From Patescibacteria group bacterium (GTDB taxonomy: Bacteria > Patescibacteriota > Patescibacteriia > 2-01-FULL-39-33): DNA of 64,000 nt. Below are positions 9,278-17,520 of the stretch, piece after piece. Every line of letters starts with the position of its first letter. The first letter of the stretch is position 1. A program made the translations under genes and the position numbers. The stretch lies in assembly GCA_041649575.1 (NCBI GenBank), contig JBAZMW010000002.1:148487-212486 (forward strand), given 5' to 3'. The notes below the pieces were generated by a model, which ran no database searches, was not told the DNA's origin, and saw only the letters and a list, made by a program, of their open reading frames with translations.

Positions 9278-10015
9278 ATGTTTCTGGTATTATTTTCCAT
9301 TCTGGTCTACCCAGTGGCCTTTGTCACCTTCGTCGTTTGCGCCTCAATCTACCTGGCGTTTGTCTTTGTCTTCAAGTCGCTGGGCTGGGAGCTGCAGTAC
9401 CTGGGGCCGTTGGTTCGGTTTCTGGCTCGCGTGATTCTCTTGAGTTGTGGCCAATGGCTCAAGGTTGGGGGCAACTGGCCCTCTCCGACTATCGGGCCTT
9501 GCATCTTTCTCTTCAACCACAGCTCTATCCTGGATGCTCTGGTGGCTGGCGCGGTGCTAAAAGGACGGTTCACTGGCGTGGCTGCCCAGGAGTATTTCTT
9601 TTGGCCGCTGTGGGGAACCATTATGCGCTGGCACAATATCATTCCCATCAAGCGCAAGTGCCACGACGAGGCCATAGAGAGCATGCGGCGGGCGGAAGAG
9701 GCGATAAAAAACGGCTGGTCAATAGGCGGCTTTCCCGAGGGCACCAGAAGCAAGACAGGAGAGTTGCAGCCGTTCAAAAAGGGCCTTTTCTATGTGGCCA
9801 AGGCCACGGGCGCGCCGATCGTGGTGATAGCCATCAAGGGGGCGTACCGTGCCAAGAGTCGCGTCGGTTGGTGTGTTCGGCCGGGAGTGATAACGGCCAC
9901 TATCGGCAAACCCTGGACCCTGTGGTCTAACGGAAAGCAACGGTATGCGGCCTTGTCGGTGGAAGAGTTAAGGCAACTGGCCGAAGGGCTCATGGCAACC
10001 ATGCTCGAAAGTTGA
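9278..10015 (+). CDS. 1-acyl-sn-glycerol-3-phosphate acyltransferase (PlsC/LPLAT family), G+C-rich
   Basis: NHSSILD (HxxxxD) and FPEGTRS acyltransferase motifs. N-terminal TM. GGAGGGAG RBS before the ATG at 9278. Confidence 0.75.
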   Translation: MFLVLFSILVYPVAFVTFVVCASIYLAFVFVFKSLGWELQYLGPLVRFLARVILLSCGQWLKVGGNWPSPTIGPCIFLFNHSSILDALVAGAVLKGRFTGVAAQEYFFWPLWGTIMRWHNIIPIKRKCHDEAIESMRRAEEAIKNGWSIGGFPEGTRSKTGELQPFKKGLFYVAKATGAPIVVIAIKGAYRAKSRVGWCVRPGVITATIGKPWTLWSNGKQRYAALSVEELRQLAEGLMATMLES

Positions 10016-10045
10016 GCGTCAGGCGGTTCCCGCTAGCGTAAGTAT

Positions 10046-10077
10046 CCGGCAACAGCGATGTTTGCCGGTTTTTCTTT
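10046..10077 (+). terminator. rho-independent terminator
   Basis: CCGGCAACagcgatgTTTGCCGG followed by TTTTTCTTT. Confidence 0.6.
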
Positions 10078-10123
10078 ACTTGATAAAATCTCCTAATTTG
10101 TTATAATTCAGTCAAACATTTTT

Positions 10124-11941
10124 ATGACCGCCAAAGAACTCAAACAAAAATATTTAGAATTTTTTGAGCGCCACGGCCACCAGATTATTCCTGGCGCCTC
10201 ACTGATTCCGGAGAACGACCCGACGGTTTTATTTACCACGGCCGGCATGCATCCGCTCGTGCCTTATCTGCTTGGCGAAAAGCATCCCGCCGGCACACGC
10301 CTGGCCGATGTCCAAAAATGCATCAGGACCGGCGACATCGACAGCGTGGGCGACGACTGGCATCTGACTTTTTTTGAAATGCTGGGCAATTGGTCGCTGG
10401 GCGACCCCAAGGATCCCAAAGGGATCGGGGCAGGTTATTTCAAAAAAGAAGCCATTGAGATGAGTTTTGAATTTTTAACCAAAGAGTTAAATATACCTTT
10501 GGAAAAATTGGCGGTTTCTTGCTTCGCCGGCGATGATGATGCGCCAAAAGACGAAGAATCGGCGAGTGCTTGGCGTTCGCTGGGGATCAGTGACAAACGG
10601 ATTGCTTTTTTGAGTAAGGAAGATAATTGGTGGCCGGCCGGTGGCAAAATGCCCGGTCCTCAAGGCCCGGACACGGAGATGTTTTATTGGAACTCGGATG
10701 AGTCGGCGCCGGAAGATTTCGACCCACAGGACAAGCGCTGGGTGGAAATCTGGAATGATGTTTTTATGCAATATAACAAGGCCGCCGACGGCAGCTACCA
10801 GCCGCTGGTGCAACAAAATGTCGATACCGGCATGGGATTGGAGCGTACCGTTGCTATCTTAAACGGCAAAAAAAGCGTCTACGAAATCGAGCCGCTCTTA
10901 ACCGTTTGTTCGCAAGTAACGGCTTTATTCGAGAGCACCCTGGAAGAACTGGAAGCCGAACAAACCAAAGCCGTCAGAATCATTGCCGATCATTTGCGCG
11001 CCGCCGTCTTTATTTTGGCCGAGAGCGTGGCGCCCTCCAACGTTGAACGTGGCTATGTCCTGCGCCGGCTGATTCGGCGCGCTATTCGCTATGGCAAGCA
11101 ACTGGGCATCAAAGACGCTTTCACTGCCAAAGTGGCCGAAGTGGTCATCGCGCAAATGGGCGGATTTTATAAGGAACTAAGAGAACAGCGAGATTTCATT
11201 ATCGATGAATTAAACAACGAAGAAGAAAAGTTTAGCGCTACTTTAGAAAACGGCTTAAAAAAGTTTGAAAAATTAAAAATTGACGAGCAAAAAAAGATCA
11301 GCGGCCAAGATGCTTTTATTCTTTTTTCCACTTATGGTTTCCCTTTGGAGATTACCAAAGACTTGGCCACCGAGCGCGGTTGGCAAGTTGACGAAGAAAA
11401 TTTTAATCTAGAATTTGCCAAGCATCAGGACATTTCCCGAAAAGGCGCCGAGCAAAAATTCAAGGGCGGTTTGGCCGATAATAGCGAAGTGACGGCCAAG
11501 ATGCATACCGCCACGCATTTGATGTTGGCGGCTTTGCGCCGGGTGTTGGGCGATCACGTTTACCAAAAAGGTGCCAACATCACCAGCGAGCGCATTCGCT
11601 TTGATTTTTCCCATGGCGAAAAAATGACAGCAGAACAAATCAAGCAAGTGGAAGACTTGGTCAATGAACAAATTAATAAAAAGATTCCCGTGGTCTGCGA
11701 AGAAATGACGCTAGAAGAAGCCAAGGAGAGGGGAGCGATGGGAGTTTTTAAAAATAAATACGGCGAGCGGGTTAAGGTTTATACCGTCGGCGATCCCTCG
11801 GCAGGATCGGGACAGGTTTTTTCCAAAGAGATTTGCGGCGGTCCGCATGCCGCCAACACCGGTGATCTGGGCCACTTCAAAATCCAAAAAGAAGAATCCA
11901 GCTCCGCCGGAGTCAGAAGAATTAAGGCGGTTCTGGAGTGA
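10124..11941 (+). CDS. alaS: Alanine--tRNA ligase, short form (catalytic, tRNA-binding and editing HxxxH present; no C-Ala domain)
   Basis: N-terminal AlaRS class II core (FTTAGMHPLVPYLLG, WHLTFFEMLGNWSLGD) and editing motif HTATHLMLAALR. Ends at 605 aa. Confidence 0.85.
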   Translation: MTAKELKQKYLEFFERHGHQIIPGASLIPENDPTVLFTTAGMHPLVPYLLGEKHPAGTRLADVQKCIRTGDIDSVGDDWHLTFFEMLGNWSLGDPKDPKGIGAGYFKKEAIEMSFEFLTKELNIPLEKLAVSCFAGDDDAPKDEESASAWRSLGISDKRIAFLSKEDNWWPAGGKMPGPQGPDTEMFYWNSDESAPEDFDPQDKRWVEIWNDVFMQYNKAADGSYQPLVQQNVDTGMGLERTVAILNGKKSVYEIEPLLTVCSQVTALFESTLEELEAEQTKAVRIIADHLRAAVFILAESVAPSNVERGYVLRRLIRRAIRYGKQLGIKDAFTAKVAEVVIAQMGGFYKELREQRDFIIDELNNEEEKFSATLENGLKKFEKLKIDEQKKISGQDAFILFSTYGFPLEITKDLATERGWQVDEENFNLEFAKHQDISRKGAEQKFKGGLADNSEVTAKMHTATHLMLAALRRVLGDHVYQKGANITSERIRFDFSHGEKMTAEQIKQVEDLVNEQINKKIPVVCEEMTLEEAKERGAMGVFKNKYGERVKVYTVGDPSAGSGQVFSKEICGGPHAANTGDLGHFKIQKEESSSAGVRRIKAVLE

Positions 11942-12009
11942 GTTTTTGGTATAATATAGAGTTCTATAAAATAAAACATTTATTTGGAAAGGCAGTGTTG
12001 CCTTTTTGT

Positions 12010-12235
12010 TTTCATTTCTGCGAGCGCATGAAAATTTAGCAACAAAACAGGCGGAGTTCGAGCGTAAATTTTAATTTGTTTGAGCAAAAGCCACCAGTAA
12101 ACTGGTGGCTTTTGCGAGTTATTAAAATTAGCGAGAACAACCCTGTTTTGTCTAAATTTTCATTTAGCTCGCGCTTTTTTCTTTTGTGTCAGCTTTTCTT
12201 TTTACTAAAAAAAGAAAAGCTGACACAAAAAAAGA
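12010..12235 (-). repeat. Dispersed intergenic repeat, copy A (inverted orientation), with a 19-bp perfect hairpin at 12185-12228
   Basis: Shares cttttctttttttagtaaaaagaaaagctgac(a/g)caaaagaaaaaagcgcga and ...gctcaaac...aaattttcat(g/a)(c/g)gctcgca with the copies at 22162 and 24651. Confidence 0.6.
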
Positions 12236-12252
12236 GTATATTTAATAAACTA

Positions 12253-12281
12253 TTGACAGAATTCTAATTATATGCTATTAT
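12253..12281 (+). promoter_or_regulatory. Promoter TTGACA-17-TATTAT for a GC-rich two-gene cassette
   Basis: TTGACA at 12253-12258, 17-bp spacer, TATTAT at 12276-12281. Confidence 0.55.
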
Positions 12282-12357
12282 AATAAGAAGTACCTTTTAC
12301 CACTGTGAGCTGGCCGACTTAGTCGGAAAACTAAGAACGAAGAAGGAGAAACACATC

Positions 12358-12714
12358 ATGAGTCAAAAGACTGGCATACTATTGCTGCTGTTGCGGCCGA
12401 AAGACGGAGCGGCCGTCTTCTTGGACTGGACCCAGAACGCCCTCTTCATGCTGGAGAGCGCGAGTGCCACAGGCGTTTCGCCGTTGGCCGAGAGGGAAGA
12501 TCTGGCCAAGTGTATGAAGGGTTACGAGCTGTGTCCCGCGCTTGGCTACGGCCTATGCGCCAGGTGCCCTATGTCAGTCACCGGCGGTGCTCTCTGTAAT
12601 TTCTGGGCTTCCCAGGGATTCGCCCGCGTGCTCGACGCGCGCACAGAAGAGGAGGCGACCTTTGCCGATCTCGATGCCATGCGCGCCGCGCTCACCGCTT
12701 CCATTACCGGCTGA
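12358..12714 (+). CDS. Hypothetical small protein (118 aa), G+C-rich
   Basis: GAAGGAGAA RBS. GC-rich ORF between a promoter and a shared terminator. No recognisable domain. Confidence 0.45.
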   Translation: MSQKTGILLLLLRPKDGAAVFLDWTQNALFMLESASATGVSPLAEREDLAKCMKGYELCPALGYGLCARCPMSVTGGALCNFWASQGFARVLDARTEEEATFADLDAMRAALTASITG

Positions 12715-12729
12715 AAGGAGAACACGGAC

Positions 12730-13107
12730 ATGCCAACGGTACAAGTGGCCGCGATAAATCTGCCGGCTGGCGCCTTCCTTTTCTTCTATCCGGAACACGC
12801 CACCCCCCAGTACCTTCTGTACAAGAATATCTGGCTGGGACAGACGATGTTCAGGCAGAAGCTAAACGAAGACGAACTTCAGGCTCTCCTCGCCGCCGGT
12901 CGAAATGGGTGGGAGGAAGTGGGCGAGGTGACTCGACGAGAGTTGCAGGCCGCGGATCTCTCTGGACTGGTTCGCAATCTCAAGACCAGGTGCGTCTGGC
13001 CCGAGAATGCGACCGCGTCAATCGCTGTCAGTCCTGACTGCAGCGGACGATGCTCGGAGTGTCGCGGGTGCTATAGCGACATGGAGCCAGTCACAGTAGA
13101 GCGATAG
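12730..13107 (+). CDS. Hypothetical small protein (125 aa) with Cys-rich C-terminus, G+C-rich
   Basis: AAAGGAG RBS. C-terminus DCSGRCSECRGCY. Confidence 0.45.
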   Translation: MPTVQVAAINLPAGAFLFFYPEHATPQYLLYKNIWLGQTMFRQKLNEDELQALLAAGRNGWEEVGEVTRRELQAADLSGLVRNLKTRCVWPENATASIAVSPDCSGRCSECRGCYSDMEPVTVER

Positions 13108-13126
13108 TCACACTGTGGTTCGTATC

Positions 13127-13170
13127 CGGGGGTTGTTGGTCGAGAAAGACCGGCAACCCTCTTTTTTTTT
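13127..13170 (+). terminator. rho-independent terminator of the GC-rich cassette
   Basis: GGGGGTTGTTGGTCgagaaaGACCGGCAACCCTC followed by T9. Confidence 0.65.
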
Positions 13171-13238
13171 ATTTAAATTTTAGAATCCCATTATTTCCTT
13201 GACATTTTTCGGTTCTTGCTTTAAAATACTTAAAGTTG

Positions 13239-13266
13239 TTGACAAATTAATCAAAATTGCTATAAT
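13239..13266 (+). promoter_or_regulatory. sigma-70 promoter upstream of infA
   Basis: TTGACA at 13239, 16-bp spacer, TATAAT at 13261. Confidence 0.55.
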
Positions 13267-13378
13267 TAGCTTGAGCTTAAAAGTTTCAAAATTTAGCTTA
13301 ATTAGTGTAAAATTCTAGGCCGACTAGAAGCTTATAAGTTGCCAAGAATTTTATTTTTATCTAAAATATTTAAGCTGC

Positions 13379-13618
13379 ATGAATCAAAAACAAGGCAATA
13401 CCCCCGATTCCAAAGATTTTTTGGAAGTCGATGGAGAAGTACTGGAGCTTTTGCCGGCCGCCAGTTTCCGGGTGAAGCTGGAAAGCGGCCCGGAAATTTT
13501 GGCCCACTTGTCAGGCAAAATGAGGATGTTTAACATCCGCATCCTGCCCGGCGATCGCGTCAAGATCCAGATGACTCCTTACGATTTGACTCGGGGCAGG
13601 ATAATCTACCGTTATTAA
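13379..13618 (+). CDS. infA: Translation initiation factor IF-1
   Basis: S1-like fold sequence [61 protein letters not shown]. Confidence 0.9.
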   Translation: MNQKQGNTPDSKDFLEVDGEVLELLPAASFRVKLESGPEILAHLSGKMRMFNIRILPGDRVKIQMTPYDLTRGRIIYRY

Positions 13619-13623
13619 AAATT

Positions 13624-13737
13624 ATGAAAGTCAGATCATCGGTAAAAAAAATCTGCAAAGATTGCAAGCTTGTCCGTCGCAAAAAACGGCTGGTTGTCAT
13701 TTGCAAAAACCCTAAACATAAACAAAGACAGGGCTAG
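13624..13737 (+). CDS. rpmJ: 50S ribosomal protein L36
   Basis: [37 protein letters not shown]. Not in the ORF track because it is under 60 aa. Confidence 0.9.
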   Translation: MKVRSSVKKICKDCKLVRRKKRLVVICKNPKHKQRQG

Positions 13738-13836
13738 TGGCAGATGGCTTGTGGCATATAGCAAATAGTTAAAACTAAAAAACTATAAGCTATATACTAT
13801 ACGCTATAAGCCATTTGCTATACGCTAATAAATATT

Positions 13837-14229
13837 ATGGCTTTAAGAATTGCCGGTACAACTCTGCCAAACGACAAGCGCATCGAAGTGGGCTTGACTT
13901 ATATTTTCGGCATCGGCCGCAATTTGGCCGTCAAGATTTTGGCCGAAGCCAAAGTCAGTCCCGATATTCGCGTCAAGAACTTGAGCGAAGAGCAAGCCAA
14001 TAAGCTAAGAGTTATTGTCGAAAAGAATTATCGGGTTGAAGGTGAATTAAAAAGAGAAATTTTGGGTAATATCAAAAGATTAAAGGAAATCAAGGCTTAT
14101 CGCGGCACCCGTCATGCCAGAGGCTTGCCGGCTCGCGGCCAACGCACCAAGACCAACAATCGCACCGTGCGGGGCAATGTCAGAAAAACCATGGGTTCGG
14201 GCAAGAAACCGTCCGCTCAGAAGACTTAA
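13837..14229 (+). CDS. rpsM: 30S ribosomal protein S13
   Basis: LTYIFGIGR...[29 protein letters not shown]. Confidence 0.92.
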   Translation: MALRIAGTTLPNDKRIEVGLTYIFGIGRNLAVKILAEAKVSPDIRVKNLSEEQANKLRVIVEKNYRVEGELKREILGNIKRLKEIKAYRGTRHARGLPARGQRTKTNNRTVRGNVRKTMGSGKKPSAQKT

Positions 14230-14241
14230 TTTATTATCAAC

Positions 14242-14712
14242 ATGACCGAAGAAACAAATCCAATCGAAGAAGCTGCTAAGAGCGCTCCTGTGGCCGAAAA
14301 AGAAAGCGCGGCTGCTGGCAAAAAAGTTATCAAGCCCAGAGCCAAAAAAACCGTCGCTTATCGCCAGGTGAGCTCCGGCCGTGTTTATGTTAAGGCCAGC
14401 TACAACAATACCATGGTGACTTTTACCGATCAGAACGGCAATGTCTTGTCCTGGTCTTCGGCGGGCCAATGCGGCTTTAAGGGTCCCAAAAAAGCTACGC
14501 CCTATGCCGCCACCATTATCGTCAAAAATTGTTTTGAAAAGGTCAAAAATTACGGTTTGAAAGAAGTGGCAGTCTTTGTTAAAGGCATTGGCGGCGGCCG
14601 GGAAGCGGCCATTCGCGCCTTAAATGCCAACGGTTTGATTGTCACCGGCATTAAGGATGTCACTCCCATTCCTCACAACGGTTGCCGTCCCAAGAAACCG
14701 CGGCGCGTCTAA
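14242..14712 (+). CDS. rpsK: 30S ribosomal protein S11
   Basis: GRVYVKASYNNTMVTFTDQNGNVLSWSSAG...KGPKKATPYAA. Confidence 0.92.
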   Translation: MTEETNPIEEAAKSAPVAEKESAAAGKKVIKPRAKKTVAYRQVSSGRVYVKASYNNTMVTFTDQNGNVLSWSSAGQCGFKGPKKATPYAATIIVKNCFEKVKNYGLKEVAVFVKGIGGGREAAIRALNANGLIVTGIKDVTPIPHNGCRPKKPRRV

Positions 14713-14727
14713 TCCTATAAATTATTT

Positions 14728-15330
14728 ATGAAAAAGAGTACTCACAAAGCCTGCCGTCGTTATGGCGTTAAACTGTGCCAATCGGATAAGTGCCCGGTCA
14801 TCAGACGCAATTATCCGCCGGGCATGCATGGTCCTAAAGGCGCCAGAAAACTCACCGAATACGGCCGGCAACTGGCCGAGAAGCAAAAAGCCAAGATTGT
14901 TTATGGTTTAAGAGAGAAACAGTTTGCCAATTATTTTGACGCCGCTTTTAAGAAAGTCGGCAACACCGCCGAACTGTTGTTTAAGCTTTTGGAAAGCCGT
15001 CTGGACAACGTGGTCTATCGGTTCGGCTTTGCCAAAACCAGGACTCAAGCCAGGCAACTGGTCAGCCACGGCCACGTTGAGGTTAACGGCAAGAAAGTCG
15101 ACATCCCTTCTTTTCAAACCAAAATCGGCGATGCCATTTCCCTTAGAGAAAAAACTTTGAAAACCAACGCTTTTGCCAATTTAGCCGAAGCGCTCAAAGA
15201 CAAAGAAGTCATGTCCTGGCTTAGTTTAGACGCCAAGGAACTAAAGGGTAAAATAGTCGATCTGCCTAAATTAGGCGAAGTGGAAATGAATATCGACTGG
15301 CGCATGATTGTCGAATTTTATTCCAAATAA
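14728..15330 (+). CDS. rpsD: 30S ribosomal protein S4
   Basis: KLCQSDKCPVIRRNYPPGMHG and an S4 RNA-binding domain. Confidence 0.92.
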   Translation: MKKSTHKACRRYGVKLCQSDKCPVIRRNYPPGMHGPKGARKLTEYGRQLAEKQKAKIVYGLREKQFANYFDAAFKKVGNTAELLFKLLESRLDNVVYRFGFAKTRTQARQLVSHGHVEVNGKKVDIPSFQTKIGDAISLREKTLKTNAFANLAEALKDKEVMSWLSLDAKELKGKIVDLPKLGEVEMNIDWRMIVEFYSK

Positions 15331-15388
15331 AAAGTTATTTTAAAAATATTAAAATATAAATTAATTAGCTTAAGGAGGAATAAAAATT

Positions 15389-16261
15389 ATGAAATATATT
15401 TCCTTGCCAAAGAAATTCATTGTTGAGGAAGAGGCCAGAGGCACCAAGGCGAAGATCATCATCGAGCCCTGTTATCCCGGCTACGGCTTGACTTTGGGCA
15501 ATGCCTTAAGACGGGTGATGCTGTCTTCTCTGCCGGGCGGCGCTGTCACCGCTGTTAAAATCAAGGGAGTGGGTCATGAGTTTAGCGCCATAAAAAATGT
15601 TTCCGAAGACGTTGTCGATATTATTTTGAACTTAAAGCAGTTGCGCATCAAGGTTTATGCCGATGAACCGGTGACTTTGCAGCTCAAAGCCAGGGGCGAA
15701 AAAAAGGTTACTGGCGCCGATATCGAGCCTTCTTCCGACGCCGAGGTTATTAACAAAGATTGTTTTATTGCCAGCCTCAATGATAAAGACGGCGAGCTGG
15801 AGATGGAGCTGACTGTTGCCAAGGGAGTCGGCTATGTGCCTACCGAAGAACAAGTAAAAAGCAAGGGCAAAGGCGAGATTGGTTTGATTTTGGTCGATTC
15901 TATTTTTACGCCGGTTCTTAATGTTCGTCTGAACATCGAAGCCACTCGTGTTGGTCAGCGCGTCGATTATGACAAGATTGTTTTGGAAATAGAAACAGAC
16001 GGGACCATTTCCCCAGAAGAAGCGTTGCAGAAAGCCGCCGAAATCCTGGCCAATCAGTTCAGCTGGCTGATGGAAGGCGGCAGGCAGGAATTGGTCGAAG
16101 TTGATCTGGAAGCGCCGGTGGCTTTGCCGGAAAACAAAGAAGCGGAGTTATTAAAGGAAGTCGCTTCGTCAGACGGTTTGGACGAAAGCCAAGTAGCGGC
16201 CGAGACAGAAGTTGTCGAAGACAAACCCAAAAAACGAGGTCGTCCCAAGAAAGTTGAATAA
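15389..16261 (+). CDS. rpoA: DNA-directed RNA polymerase alpha subunit, lacking a canonical alpha-CTD; acidic tail ending in an AT-hook-like KKRGRPKK
   Basis: Alpha-NTD clearly present (IEPCYPGYGLTLGNALRRVMLSSLPGGAVTAVKIKGVGHEF). 290 aa, no HhH alpha-CTD signature. AAGGAGG RBS. Confidence 0.88.
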   Translation: MKYISLPKKFIVEEEARGTKAKIIIEPCYPGYGLTLGNALRRVMLSSLPGGAVTAVKIKGVGHEFSAIKNVSEDVVDIILNLKQLRIKVYADEPVTLQLKARGEKKVTGADIEPSSDAEVINKDCFIASLNDKDGELEMELTVAKGVGYVPTEEQVKSKGKGEIGLILVDSIFTPVLNVRLNIEATRVGQRVDYDKIVLEIETDGTISPEEALQKAAEILANQFSWLMEGGRQELVEVDLEAPVALPENKEAELLKEVASSDGLDESQVAAETEVVEDKPKKRGRPKKVE

Positions 16262-16270
16262 AGCGTTTTT

Positions 16271-16621
16271 ATGAAACATCAGAAAAGAGGAAAAACTTTA
16301 GGCAGAACCAGATCGGTGCGTGAAGCGTTGATGAGAAATCTAACGACCAGTTTTATAATTTATGAAAAAATAAAAACCACCAAAGCCAAAGCCAAACTAT
16401 TGAGGCCTAAAGTGGAAAAGCTGATTACTTTGTCCAAGCATGACACCCTGACCAATCGGCGACAGGCCTTAAGGGTTTTATATTTTGATAAAGCGGTCAA
16501 AAAATTGTTTGAGGTTTTGGGTCCTCGGTATCAAGAAAGAAATAGCGGCTATACCAGGATTGTCAAGTTGCCGCCGCGCAAAGGCGATGCCGCTGAAATG
16601 GCAATTTTGGAATTAGTTTAA
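16271..16621 (+). CDS. rplQ: 50S ribosomal protein L17
   Basis: MKHQKRGKTLGRTRSVREALMRNL...GYTRIVKL. Confidence 0.92.
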   Translation: MKHQKRGKTLGRTRSVREALMRNLTTSFIIYEKIKTTKAKAKLLRPKVEKLITLSKHDTLTNRRQALRVLYFDKAVKKLFEVLGPRYQERNSGYTRIVKLPPRKGDAAEMAILELV

Positions 16622-16628
16622 TTCAAGT

Positions 16629-16985
16629 ATGAAAAAAATAGAAAGAAAAATTCATTCACTAGATGCCAGCGGCCGGCCGCTGGGCCGATTGGCCAGTCAG
16701 GTGGCGATGATTTTGATGGGCAAAAATCGGCCCGATTATCAGCCCCAATTGGATAACGGCGATATAGTAGAAGTTGTTAATTGCGATAAAATCAAGCTGA
16801 CCGGTAAAAAGCTGGAGCAGAAGGAATATATCTGGCATTCTCATCATCCGGGCGGCTTAAAACGCAAGAAAGTCAAATTGGTTTTGGCGGCAGATCCGGG
16901 AGAAGTCTTGCGCCGGGCGGTAGTCGGCATGTTGCCCAAAAACCGGTTGCAACGGCCGCGGCTTAAACGCCTGAAAATAAAATAA
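16629..16985 (+). CDS. rplM: 50S ribosomal protein L13
   Basis: DASGRPLGRLASQVAMILMGKNRPDYQP...VVGMLPKNRL. Confidence 0.9.
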   Translation: MKKIERKIHSLDASGRPLGRLASQVAMILMGKNRPDYQPQLDNGDIVEVVNCDKIKLTGKKLEQKEYIWHSHHPGGLKRKKVKLVLAADPGEVLRRAVVGMLPKNRLQRPRLKRLKIK

Positions 16986-16992
16986 TTTTATT

Positions 16993-17433
16993 ATGGAGAA
17001 AGAAAAAAAAGAGAAAATAGAAAAAGAAAAGAAGGTGGTTAAGAATAAGTATCTTTATGCCAAAGGCGCCAGAAAAACCTCGGTAGCCCAGGTGCGTTTG
17101 TATAGAAAGGGTAGCGGCAATTTTGAAGTTAATGGCAAAAAGTTTAATGAATATTTTAGAACCGAAAATCTGCAGAGAATTTTTTTGGCCGCTTTGACTG
17201 CCGTCAACCATCTGCAAGATATTGACCTTACTATCAAAACCCAGGGCGGCGGAATCACCTCGCAGTCGCAGGCTTGCCGACATGGCATTGCTCGCGCCTT
17301 GGTTGAACTGGATAAGGAATTGCGGCCGCTCTTAAGAGCCGAAGGCTTTTTGACCCGCGATCCGCGCGTCAAAGAAAGAAAGAAACCGGGCCTGAAGCGC
17401 GCCAGAAAAGCGCCGCAATGGAGCAAACGTTAA
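16993..17433 (+). CDS. rpsI: 30S ribosomal protein S9
   Basis: GKRKTSVAQV...GGGITSQSQACRHGIARAL...KKPGLKRARKAPQWSKR. Confidence 0.9.
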   Translation: MEKEKKEKIEKEKKVVKNKYLYAKGARKTSVAQVRLYRKGSGNFEVNGKKFNEYFRTENLQRIFLAALTAVNHLQDIDLTIKTQGGGITSQSQACRHGIARALVELDKELRPLLRAEGFLTRDPRVKERKKPGLKRARKAPQWSKR

Positions 17434-17450
17434 GGGAAAATTTATCAGCT

Positions 17451-17479
17451 GGGGCCAAAATTGGCCCCAGCTTTTTTTA
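17451..17479 (+). terminator. rho-independent terminator after the ribosomal-protein block
   Basis: GGGGCCAAAATTGGCCCC followed by AGCTTTTTTT. Confidence 0.65.
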
Positions 17480-17520
17480 TTATTGTTAATCTGTTAGAAT
17501 TACTTTAGTTTTAAGCAGCT

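Noticed and set aside
12076-12267. 63-aa ORF spanning the repeat A hairpin.
   Set aside because: It lies inside a dispersed non-coding repeat with a perfect 19-bp palindrome, has no SD, and is low-complexity.
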